From IMG/VR virus record IMGVR_UViG_3300030329_005244: 64,000 nucleotides of DNA. One strand, 5' to 3'. The notes beneath the pieces were generated by a model that had not been told where the DNA came from, did no database searches, and saw only the letters and a list, made by a program, of their open reading frames with translations. Positions 9,047 through 18,081 of the stretch are shown here, piece after piece. This stretch comes from a virus. Made by a program: the position numbers and the translations under genes. Every line of letters starts with the position of its first letter. Position 1 is the first letter of the stretch.

Positions 9047-9056
9047 ATAAATAGTT
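9047..9056 (-). promoter_or_regulatory. Putative late-promoter element AACTATTTAT
   Basis: In a 40-nt intergenic gap, 20 nt upstream of ATG 9026 and its SD GAGG. Confidence 0.5.
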
Positions 9057-9066
9057 GTATTTTTCT

Positions 9067-11751
9067 TTATTCGCCATTCAACTTATAAGTAATGTTCAGG
9101 TCAATTTTCTTCCCTGTTTTCTTAGATGTCAAGCGAACCTTGAATTTCTTCCCCCAAAGAGAATCTTCTGCTACCCCTACGCCTTGCGTTACTGCCTGAA
9201 ATTGGTTTAGCGCCGTATCTGCAAAGTCTACATCTTCCGTATTAAAAGTCAAATGAGACAAATTAGGCTCCAATTGGAATATCTTCTTAAAAGGAATCGA
9301 AGGGTTGGAGTAAGACGATTGTCCCAACGAAGACGGAAATAACGTATTAAAGGTGGCAAATTTAAATCCCCCATCGCTCACCAATTCTGCTTGGAGAATG
9401 TCCGACACATGCCCGTATCCACCCTCCTCATTCAAAACCCTAAATAAATAGTAGTACTTGCGATTTATATCGATTCTATCAATGAAGTCCACATAAGAAA
9501 GGCGATCTGAATCGTCTTGTTTTTTTAAGTCTATGCTTGCAATCTGACTGCCTTCAAAATCGTGCAAAGAGTGGGGCAACTTGTCCAATCGGTAAACCTC
9601 AATAGATTTATGTTGGGAAACTGTTTCAAGCCACAAATCATTGTCCTCCAGCAAATCCCATGCATGCAGATAGCTTGTTTTATACTCTTCGTCTCTTGCC
9701 AACACTCCAAGAGGAAATGGCTGTTGCAAAAAAGTTTCATATCTCAAGGAGAAACCAATTCGTTGAGAGTTGTCTAAAAATTGGCGAGGAATAACATTCA
9801 ATTGATTGGGAGGGTTGTCTAATACTTTCAAGGTTTTACTCCCCATGGGAATTTCAAACAATTTGAAAGAAGGAGCAATGTTTACCTTAAAATCTGCCAT
9901 ATATTGTTGCGAACTTTTAACCTGCGCTGGGCCCTGATAAGTGTTAAAACTCTGATCGTGGCCAAACAATTGAGGAGTTGATTCCGATGTAAGAGGATTA
10001 TAGTACTCCAAGCAATATTTTTCCTCAGCCTCGTCATAAGATATTTGACGAGTCACTGCCAAATCAGTACACTGATATTCGTGTCCTGCTCCGACCACAT
10101 AGGCATAAATCTTATAGGTATAGTCTTTGCCGTACTTTACTTGAGTATCACAATACATAAACGATGTTAAGTCGCTGGAATTAAAGAACCAGAAATTTTG
10201 AAGAGTGGGTTGTGTTATGTCATCCCCCGTGGGGCTGCCCCCTATTTTCTCTATTCTATATGCCAATGTTTCACTGTAATAGAAAGCTTTTTGGTAAAGG
10301 CGCGCTAACGGATGTATTTGAGAGCCCTGTGTTTCCTGCCCCGCTGTCTTCCAAATGTTGTTGTTCATCCAATTGTCAACAAATTTTTCCTCCACCACGC
10401 TAAGAGTGTCTCTCATCACATTCAATACATTAACCGTGTTGTATGCTCGATAAGTGCCCGTGGAATCCATCACTCCTTTAATTGCCAAACCGTCTTCTTC
10501 CACAAAACAACAATTAGAAGTAACAGATTTATAATTATTATGAATATAGCCTAACATTTTTAGAAAGTCAACCTCTCTCAGTGGAGTATTGTTGACTTCA
10601 TAGCGATTATGAACAACACCCTCAGCAGAAGCAGAGTACATCGAATTCCAAGCGGCATATTCCACCTTTTTGGCCTTAAAATCATCTAACTGATCAGTAA
10701 AAATCTCCTTGAGAGTTTTTAATAATTTATTGCCAAAATCATTTTCTTCTATGGCATTGCCAATGGCGCCAACAGAATCGGGCGTAAACTCAATCTGATT
10801 ATAGTAAGGGAAAAATGCTTTCTCCTCACTCACATCCGTGAGAGGGTTGAATGTGGTATTTCCAACCACCCCGCTGCTAGGATCAATACCACTGACGGCA
10901 TTATCCGAAGCAAAAATCATATTTTGTAGTTGATCCTTGACTGCTGCTTCTGTGCTGGCAGACAAAGGAAACATCAATATAGATTGGGCAATGGAACTGT
11001 TAAACCCATCATAATTGGGGGTATCGTATTTATTTAAATAAGTTTCCAAAGGCTGTTCATTGGTTAAGTAAGTCCCTTCGTGAATAGCGCCATCGCGAGT
11101 TACAAAATTGTGCAACGTTTGCGTCAAGGCGGCGTTGTTTCCCTCGCCAGTGTTGTACCAGGTAAAATTATTATTCATCTTTAAAAGATACATATTGGGA
11201 ATGAGAAGTTCCGAATCTAATCTATTAACATACTCTTCGTAATTTTTGAAATGATGATTGTAGCGCGGAGTTATGGTAAACACCTCGCTTTCACTTACAA
11301 GCCCTGGACTTAAAGTGTTGAGAACGTTCTTTTGAATCCCGTCGTAAAGAGAGGTGTGAACGAAGGAATTGTTGTCAAACACCTCTTCATTAAAAATAGG
11401 AGCATACTCATTTTCTCCCCACGTTCCCCCCACCAATATGGTTTTCCACTGTTCATCGCTGAGAATTAATTCAGCATTTCCATTTAGCCTAGCCATATAT
11501 GTGTAGTTGGGCACAATAGCCTCGGGATTATTAACGGAAATATCGTGAGTAAAGCCATCGTATTGGCCCCAAATATTCTTTAAAAAAGGATTTGCCAAGT
11601 TAGTATGATCAAATTCATTTGCCCATGTCGTCGAAGTCCCGACACTGGGACTGCTGGCTTCTACTTCCTCGTAAAAAAACCCCAAAGCAGTACGCAAAGT
11701 ATCGCTAGAACCCGAGAAAAGGTTTAAATCAAAATAAGAAGTGGTGGGCAT
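9067..11751 (-). CDS. Hypothetical virion structural protein (894 aa; possible FN3/Ig-like beta domains in the C-terminal half)
   Basis: Long ORF in the tail block; segments YCDTQVKYGKDYTYKIYAY and FIDRIDINRKYYYLFRVLN resemble FN3 strand ends. Confidence 0.6.
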   Translation of the reverse strand: MPTTSYFDLNLFSGSSDTLRTALGFFYEEVEASSPSVGTSTTWANEFDHTNLANPFLKNIWGQYDGFTHDISVNNPEAIVPNYTYMARLNGNAELILSDEQWKTILVGGTWGENEYAPIFNEEVFDNNSFVHTSLYDGIQKNVLNTLSPGLVSESEVFTITPRYNHHFKNYEEYVNRLDSELLIPNMYLLKMNNNFTWYNTGEGNNAALTQTLHNFVTRDGAIHEGTYLTNEQPLETYLNKYDTPNYDGFNSSIAQSILMFPLSASTEAAVKDQLQNMIFASDNAVSGIDPSSGVVGNTTFNPLTDVSEEKAFFPYYNQIEFTPDSVGAIGNAIEENDFGNKLLKTLKEIFTDQLDDFKAKKVEYAAWNSMYSASAEGVVHNRYEVNNTPLREVDFLKMLGYIHNNYKSVTSNCCFVEEDGLAIKGVMDSTGTYRAYNTVNVLNVMRDTLSVVEEKFVDNWMNNNIWKTAGQETQGSQIHPLARLYQKAFYYSETLAYRIEKIGGSPTGDDITQPTLQNFWFFNSSDLTSFMYCDTQVKYGKDYTYKIYAYVVGAGHEYQCTDLAVTRQISYDEAEEKYCLEYYNPLTSESTPQLFGHDQSFNTYQGPAQVKSSQQYMADFKVNIAPSFKLFEIPMGSKTLKVLDNPPNQLNVIPRQFLDNSQRIGFSLRYETFLQQPFPLGVLARDEEYKTSYLHAWDLLEDNDLWLETVSQHKSIEVYRLDKLPHSLHDFEGSQIASIDLKKQDDSDRLSYVDFIDRIDINRKYYYLFRVLNEEGGYGHVSDILQAELVSDGGFKFATFNTLFPSSLGQSSYSNPSIPFKKIFQLEPNLSHLTFNTEDVDFADTALNQFQAVTQGVGVAEDSLWGKKFKVRLTSKKTGKKIDLNITYKLNGE

Positions 11752-12383
11752 TATGTCACTTCCTTTGTCTTCACAAATCCGGTTTTTATTTGCTGTTCGA
11801 CTTCTTCAATCCCAAACACATCTACCATATCGTCCTCAAAGGGCACAGGGGGAGTTTGTTTGAATGAATATTTATTTACATAGAGGGTGGCGAGAATCTC
11901 GCTAATAACGTCCGTCACCTTGTTGTGGAGGGCACCACTTTCCACGCCGTCGCTATTGTCATAAAAGTAATCTTCCTCCATATAGCCGTAACGCTCTTTT
12001 AAGCCACCAAGCTCAGCCTCTCCATACTCCACCTCTATATCGCCTTTGCCCGAACTATCGCCGCTATCGCCACTTTCGTCAGCTTGAGCATAATAAATGT
12101 AATTGCCATAATTGCTGTTTATGCCGCTCGTATACCAATTGCGCAACCCCGAATCGTCATCCGTATACTTCACCAACCCAAGAATACCGTTCCACGCAAA
12201 TTCATAAAATGCCGACACATCTTCACTTTTAGAATAATCAGCCTCGGTTGCGTAAAATGCGCTCCAGGTCCAACCACCAGGATTATGGCCGCTGGTGGGT
12301 TCTATGAGTTCAGTTGTTCCGCCATCGTAGCTATCATCCGCATTTGTTCCCAACTTGTTCAGTTGATAAAAAGTATAGCCCAT
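11751..12383 (-). CDS. Hypothetical acidic protein in the tail block
   Basis: 210-aa ORF with SD GGAG; TAATG-coupled to the downstream gene. Confidence 0.6.
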   Translation of the reverse strand: MGYTFYQLNKLGTNADDSYDGGTTELIEPTSGHNPGGWTWSAFYATEADYSKSEDVSAFYEFAWNGILGLVKYTDDDSGLRNWYTSGINSNYGNYIYYAQADESGDSGDSSGKGDIEVEYGEAELGGLKERYGYMEEDYFYDNSDGVESGALHNKVTDVISEILATLYVNKYSFKQTPPVPFEDDMVDVFGIEEVEQQIKTGFVKTKEVT

Positions 12384-12410
12384 TTTCTTCTCCCTCTCTA
12401 AATATCTTCT

Positions 12411-12995
12411 TTATTTAAATTCCGACAATGTACTAGGATTTGTAGTGTCCATATTGATGCTAAATACATCTACCGCTACCGTAATAACATCGGGCGTCAT
12501 TTTAGATGTTCTTCTCGCTTTATCTGCTGTCGATAATGCCTGCGGGATATCTCCATCCAACTCATAAAACGCATCATTAGAGTTTGTAAATTTCCCAGAC
12601 GCAGTTTGAGTTTTTGTCTTGGGATCGATAGTGCTCCTATCAGAAATATTAGGATTGCTTATGACCTCTGTATCGGTAGTATCTCGTTGCAAACTATAGT
12701 CGCTCCCTTTAGAATAATCCACCGAACAACCTAAAGCGCCCAACATATTAAGGGCGGAATTATTAACACTATTCTCCCCCGCGTAGCCCATATCAGCAAT
12801 ACCCTTCGCAGACATCATGTGAGTAGCCTGCGCCACTTGGGCACGTTGGGGACTTAGAGCAGAACTAACTACGACATTTCCATACCTTTTTGTAGTCGAA
12901 CGAGCAGAAAACTTTTTACCCCCCTCTTTGTTTATTTGAGTGGAGTTTGGGGTTGTGAGAAATTCTTCAGGTGTGGGGGTTTTAAATTTTGCCAT
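12411..12995 (-). CDS. Hypothetical S/T-rich protein in the tail block
   Basis: 194-aa ORF filling the gap between co-oriented genes. Confidence 0.55.
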   Translation of the reverse strand: MAKFKTPTPEEFLTTPNSTQINKEGGKKFSARSTTKRYGNVVVSSALSPQRAQVAQATHMMSAKGIADMGYAGENSVNNSALNMLGALGCSVDYSKGSDYSLQRDTTDTEVISNPNISDRSTIDPKTKTQTASGKFTNSNDAFYELDGDIPQALSTADKARRTSKMTPDVITVAVDVFSINMDTTNPSTLSEFK

Positions 12996-12997
12996 GT

Positions 12998-14329
12998 CTA
13001 TAAATCCTTTGTAGAGTAAGTGATAACAATGCCGCTACCCTGATAAGCGCCGCCATCTGCTGGAGAACTCGTCCCATCCCAAGTAGCACCCGACCATTGA
13101 GCTATCCAATCGCTCGCCATTTCGCTTTGTCCGCTATAGTGAGAAGCCCCGCCACTGGACTGTCCTTCGCTAAATCGAACGAAAGTCCCGTTAGCTGTAT
13201 AGCTAGCTGACCACTGATAACCCTCGGTAGTTGCGGAATTAAAATTGTAGTGACCCTCAGAGGTTTCTGCGCCTGTGCCGCTAATTTTATCCTTAGCTGA
13301 ACCTTCAACGAGAGTAAACGGCCCATAACATTTATTGCCATGGTCATTGTCAGCACAACTCATATTCCCCGCCACTATCTTTTCCACTGTCATTGCGAGC
13401 GCTCCAGAGCCTACGGGATCAATTTGATAAAATTGGACAGTGATGCTACCAGGATCAGCCTCAACGGGCAGCTTATAATAATATAGCCAACCGGCCGTCG
13501 CGGCGGTGTCTGTCGCTTTAAATGCAGTTAACTCATCGGGATCACTTATGATATCTACAATTGTTGAACTGTAGTTTTGCTTATCGAAGTTTGTTGCCCA
13601 AGTAATGAGGGCGCCACCTTCTCCAAAAAATATATCTCGAAAATCATTATCCGTTGTCCCATAAGTAGACTCTGCTTCAGCCAGCAAGAGAGACAGCGAG
13701 CCTGCTATTTGATATTCCGCAAAAGGAAGTTTTCCTGTACTATACGAAGAACTCTTTCCTGAGAAAGTGTGTATTCCCCAATCGCTATTAGTTCCCATCC
13801 ATCCGCCTGCCGCGTCAATAACATTATACCACTTATACACATAAAGACTCTGATCGTAATCATCTGCCCCCATTGACAACACCAACATGGAATTAGGATT
13901 ATAAAGATACAGATTTTTCCCAGAAGGCGGTTGACCCGTATTCTTGTATATAGGATTGTTTATCAACTGTTGACCGCCCGCCAAATAAACATCCTCAGCC
14001 TTCACGTAATAAACAGTGACTTGAACGTCTAACGTATCACCTATAGTATTGCCTGTTCCCAGTTGCCAATCATAATAGGGAGAAATATCTGTCAACAATT
14101 CATCCCCCAAGGTGTCATATCGATTTGTCCACGCTTCTGCGACAACAACACTCTCAGAAGTTTCCGCATTGCGTACCAATTCCCAGTAATATCCAAGTAT
14201 AAACGCGTCAGAAACCTCGGCAGAAAAACGTCCCCGAAGGAGGTCGTTACTCTCAAAATAAGTTGGCGATGAAGATTTCATGCTTCCATCAGAGTTGTGC
14301 GTGGTTAGCCAAACGTTTGTTATTGCCAT
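12998..14329 (-). CDS. Hypothetical G/S/T/W/Y-rich virion protein (possible receptor-binding or decoration protein)
   Basis: 443-aa ORF; aromatic- and glycine-rich composition typical of carbohydrate-binding beta proteins; tail-block context. Confidence 0.55.
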   Translation of the reverse strand: MAITNVWLTTHNSDGSMKSSSPTYFESNDLLRGRFSAEVSDAFILGYYWELVRNAETSESVVVAEAWTNRYDTLGDELLTDISPYYDWQLGTGNTIGDTLDVQVTVYYVKAEDVYLAGGQQLINNPIYKNTGQPPSGKNLYLYNPNSMLVLSMGADDYDQSLYVYKWYNVIDAAGGWMGTNSDWGIHTFSGKSSSYSTGKLPFAEYQIAGSLSLLLAEAESTYGTTDNDFRDIFFGEGGALITWATNFDKQNYSSTIVDIISDPDELTAFKATDTAATAGWLYYYKLPVEADPGSITVQFYQIDPVGSGALAMTVEKIVAGNMSCADNDHGNKCYGPFTLVEGSAKDKISGTGAETSEGHYNFNSATTEGYQWSASYTANGTFVRFSEGQSSGGASHYSGQSEMASDWIAQWSGATWDGTSSPADGGAYQGSGIVITYSTKDL

Positions 14330-14335
14330 TTTTCT

Positions 14336-16519
14336 TTATCCTGTCGTTAAAACTTCGTCGGCGGTGTAATAATTATTATAAAAGGTTCGAACTTGTGTGG
14401 CAAAGTTAGTTAAGCCAGTGAAAGTTCCAGTGTCGGGATTGATTGCTTCAATGGTTGATTTGATTTTCTCTTTCATTTTGGCATAATCTCCGTCAAATAT
14501 TTGCTCGATCAATTCGGCGTGCATATAAAACAAGGCTGCCATCTTATACCATGGTGCTGTTTCCGGTTCTTCTGCAAACTTTTCTCGCATTGCATCTGCA
14601 AAAAAGGTATTAAACGAATCATCAAAAGAATTATAACTACAAAATTCGTTGGCACCATCTACATAGTCATCAAATACTGTCATCGCAGTCTCATATTGCG
14701 TTATTAAATCTCTCATAATTTTATAAGTTGTGTCGCGGACTTGCACATAAATATAATAATTTTCATCCCAACTTTCCCATTCATCTTTGGGCATCACGTC
14801 TTGCAGTTCAAATGTCATCAGGCGATATCCATTTAGATAAGGATAGCCATTCGTAGAACTTCCATACGAGAAGTCTACATTTCGCAACGTTACGTGAGAG
14901 GCATACTCATAAGAGCCTAAAGTCTTTATAGGATAGCCCGTGGTGCCATCATTAAGGGTGTATTGCAAGCCCGTAGTGTAAGGAAACTTTTTATAATCCT
15001 CTCCCCAGAGCGTATGATCCCACTCATCATAGGTGGCACTTATATTCGTATTCTCCACAAAAGTCGAATCAGAATTCAAATTGGATCGAATATAAGTGGC
15101 ACCCTTGCCCGACTGACCGCTGTTGCGGTACACCATCACCAAATGCAGCATCAAATATTCATAAGGGATTTTCATTCCAAACAGTTCTTCAAATTTTTGA
15201 ATGTTAATCATGCTCGAAAGAGCAGATGCCTTGCGCAACAATTTTTCGTAATCAAACCACCAATATCCCTGATTTCTCACTGTATATTCTATGCTGCTAT
15301 ATTCTCCCACATCGTCGTTGGTACTCAGGGAATATATTTGACTTTCTCCAACGGTGGAAGCAAAATAAACATATTTATCACTTAAGTCGGAATCATGTTC
15401 CACGCTCGTATAAGAACCGCCGAAAGCCCGAGAATCCAACACTTTGGGGTTTCGGGTAAGGCGCTTAATTAATCTATCTGATTTTATCAATGTACGATTG
15501 AATGTATAGAGTTTATTACGAAATGTCCTGTAAAGCTTACCCACCGGATTGGTTGGTAGCTTATTGGGAAATGTCTTTCGAAGATCATTAAGTTTTCGTA
15601 AGAGAACCACATCTCCCCCATATTCCGTAATGATGTAAGAAATATTATTTAACATCTCTTCTGATGTCGAATCCGCCACTTGGCGTTCTGCCATTTTTTC
15701 TTTTGTTTCGTCCACCATTTTTTGAAATGCTGCCACCACATTCTTATGGGTTACATTGTTTACTTTATAATAAAAACCATCAAAAGCCTGGAGGGGTACC
15801 AAGTTGTACAGCAAATCCGTAGAAGCATCAACGAAGGATGTTTCCACCTTAGATGCCAACTCGCCCGCCTCAAAAAGGTGTTCATATGCAAAATTGCTCG
15901 TCAAAAGGGTATCCAAGACAGAACGAGAGTCTTCCCCTGTTATACTGTCATTATCATGGGTATACCTCCAATTAGAGGCAGCTTGTATTTCCGTCACGAT
16001 GTCTTCTAAAGCAGAAAAAGCGAACAAGGTTATATCTTGATTCGAATTCCACATAAGGGTTTGCATCCATTCATCTTCAGTAGGAGGCCACCGAAAATTA
16101 GAAACCGAAGTTACTTTAACTATCTTCTCTCCTTCCACACTATAGCTCGTGCTATAGTTCAGCTCGGTAGAATCCGTAGCTTGAAAATCTTCCCAGCCCA
16201 TCTCCACCACATTGGACATCAAATAATCAGTTCCCCCAGATGTTTTATTTTCCCTGAAAGCATATTTGAGGAGGCTCTCGCCATCTTGAAGAACGGCGGT
16301 TGTGGCTGACGATCCGGCGCCGAGTAGAAAAAACTTCAACCCACTTTCCTTCATATAAGCAAGATAGGTATCTATATCTTGTTCATCATCCATATTGAAA
16401 AATAGAGATATCTGAACTTCACAATAATCGTCATACACATATACGTGCTCAATATAGGGCACTGGCAAGAATTCGCCAAAGTTTTGGTTTAAATCACCTT
16501 GAAAGATTAATTTTGACAT
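14336..16519 (-). CDS. Hypothetical virion structural protein (727 aa)
   Basis: Long ORF overlapping the end of the upstream gene; tail-block context. Confidence 0.6.
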   Translation of the reverse strand: MSKLIFQGDLNQNFGEFLPVPYIEHVYVYDDYCEVQISLFFNMDDEQDIDTYLAYMKESGLKFFLLGAGSSATTAVLQDGESLLKYAFRENKTSGGTDYLMSNVVEMGWEDFQATDSTELNYSTSYSVEGEKIVKVTSVSNFRWPPTEDEWMQTLMWNSNQDITLFAFSALEDIVTEIQAASNWRYTHDNDSITGEDSRSVLDTLLTSNFAYEHLFEAGELASKVETSFVDASTDLLYNLVPLQAFDGFYYKVNNVTHKNVVAAFQKMVDETKEKMAERQVADSTSEEMLNNISYIITEYGGDVVLLRKLNDLRKTFPNKLPTNPVGKLYRTFRNKLYTFNRTLIKSDRLIKRLTRNPKVLDSRAFGGSYTSVEHDSDLSDKYVYFASTVGESQIYSLSTNDDVGEYSSIEYTVRNQGYWWFDYEKLLRKASALSSMINIQKFEELFGMKIPYEYLMLHLVMVYRNSGQSGKGATYIRSNLNSDSTFVENTNISATYDEWDHTLWGEDYKKFPYTTGLQYTLNDGTTGYPIKTLGSYEYASHVTLRNVDFSYGSSTNGYPYLNGYRLMTFELQDVMPKDEWESWDENYYIYVQVRDTTYKIMRDLITQYETAMTVFDDYVDGANEFCSYNSFDDSFNTFFADAMREKFAEEPETAPWYKMAALFYMHAELIEQIFDGDYAKMKEKIKSTIEAINPDTGTFTGLTNFATQVRTFYNNYYTADEVLTTG

Positions 16520-18072
16520 ATCTCAGGCTCCGTCGGGTTTCCATAAATATCATAGTTCTTGCCGTAGATGTCGTAATAAGAAGACTCGCCCTTCTCATGA
16601 TCGCAATCAAAATCCAAATCCACATAATACGACTGCTTATTAAATACTGCCGCGCCCTTACAGGCAACCTGGGGCTCTATGGCTGCATCCACCAACACAT
16701 CAAAATAATACTCTACGCTGTTGGTTGTCAGCTCCTCTTCGGGGTTTTCTTGCTGTTGGGCAGAACGCATGAACCCCTGTACCACTTGGGGAATCCTCTT
16801 CTCAAAATACTTCCGATTGAGATTTTGGGAATTGGCACTCACCCCAGAATCTACAAACTCAAACACTTCAATATCAAAATTCTCGCTCAAAACTTGAGTA
16901 TTCATTTCATCTGCATAAACCAAAGCATCGTCACTTTCCAAAACAACAATCCGATTATCAGCAAAAGGAGGCGTCTTGGCTATTAACTTTCGTAGGTTCG
17001 CAGGATCAAAATCAAAATTTGCTGGCTGCACAGATGTCTTATAATGCAAATCTATGTTCAATTGTGGAACTTGTACGTCATATCCCGTACTTAGTGTAAC
17101 ATCTTTTGTAGCAGATGCACTAATATTTCCTTGTAAAGTTACAATTTTCCAAGCAGGGGCAGATTGTGTGTCGCCGTCCAAATAGGCATCACCAATGGCA
17201 TTATCAAATTTATAGATACTGCTTCTCGGAACAGTTCGAGTTGGCTCAACATCAGCAGAAAAATACTGACCGGTATATTCCGTGCCGCCTACCTCTATCT
17301 CTCCAACTCCAGGTATATTCAGTTTTATTATATCTTCTGTCCACTCTTCTTCCGAAGGGGTAATCTTGTTAACAAACTCTTCGGCATCTTCAAAAAGTAC
17401 AAGGCTTTCAAGGTAGCAAGTCTCATCTTTAATGCGCTTATGAATTTGGTTCTGAGGCTCTGCTGTGGCATTTTTTCCGCCTTCAAACGCAGTAGCTGTC
17501 GCCCTGCCACCGCCCACGCCGGTGCCCGTCACTGTCTTGCCATTTCCTCCGGTTCCCACCGCAGTCATGCGTAAAATAACCTCATTCGTTCCAACCCAAC
17601 CATTTCCCAGCCATACATTACCAGCCGCAACAGTATTCGTTTCGGTGGCAAGATTATCCCAGTAAGTTCGCTGAGTGGCTGAAATTCCAATCAACCCTTC
17701 TTTTCGAGCCAATTCAATACAGGTGGCTATCTGTTGAGCTATCTGCCCTGCGGTGGTATATCCATAGTTGTTGATAACCGTGCTAGAATTAGGATATTTA
17801 ATAGAATTGTTTCTGAATGTGAGGGTGTGCGTGGTGCCGTTGGCGTCTTCAAGGATGAGCGTCCGCGTGGACATCGTGCCAGGACTTGCGGATATTTGTG
17901 TCCATAAAGCTCCTGCTGGTGCCGCGTTTACATACCGCTGATCATAAACTACATTATCATCAAAGAAACCATAATAAGCTGGCTTAAAGGAGCCTACTGA
18001 AAGCAAGTAATGTCCATAAGTGGTGAGCTTTAAATCGTAGACTTGTTCTTTTTTATTTAGAAATTTTGCCAT
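16507..18072 (-). CDS. Virion structural protein; N-terminus paralogous to 8016..9026, with a G/T/A-rich internal domain
   Basis: DLKLTTYGHYLLSVGSFKPAYYGFFDDNVVYD aligns by eye with DAVLTDVGRKKMADGTFSVVKYALGDDEIDY. Confidence 0.6.
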   Translation of the reverse strand: MAKFLNKKEQVYDLKLTTYGHYLLSVGSFKPAYYGFFDDNVVYDQRYVNAAPAGALWTQISASPGTMSTRTLILEDANGTTHTLTFRNNSIKYPNSSTVINNYGYTTAGQIAQQIATCIELARKEGLIGISATQRTYWDNLATETNTVAAGNVWLGNGWVGTNEVILRMTAVGTGGNGKTVTGTGVGGGRATATAFEGGKNATAEPQNQIHKRIKDETCYLESLVLFEDAEEFVNKITPSEEEWTEDIIKLNIPGVGEIEVGGTEYTGQYFSADVEPTRTVPRSSIYKFDNAIGDAYLDGDTQSAPAWKIVTLQGNISASATKDVTLSTGYDVQVPQLNIDLHYKTSVQPANFDFDPANLRKLIAKTPPFADNRIVVLESDDALVYADEMNTQVLSENFDIEVFEFVDSGVSANSQNLNRKYFEKRIPQVVQGFMRSAQQQENPEEELTTNSVEYYFDVLVDAAIEPQVACKGAAVFNKQSYYVDLDFDCDHEKGESSYYDIYGKNYDIYGNPTEPEICQN

Positions 18073-18081
18073 TTATGTTCC

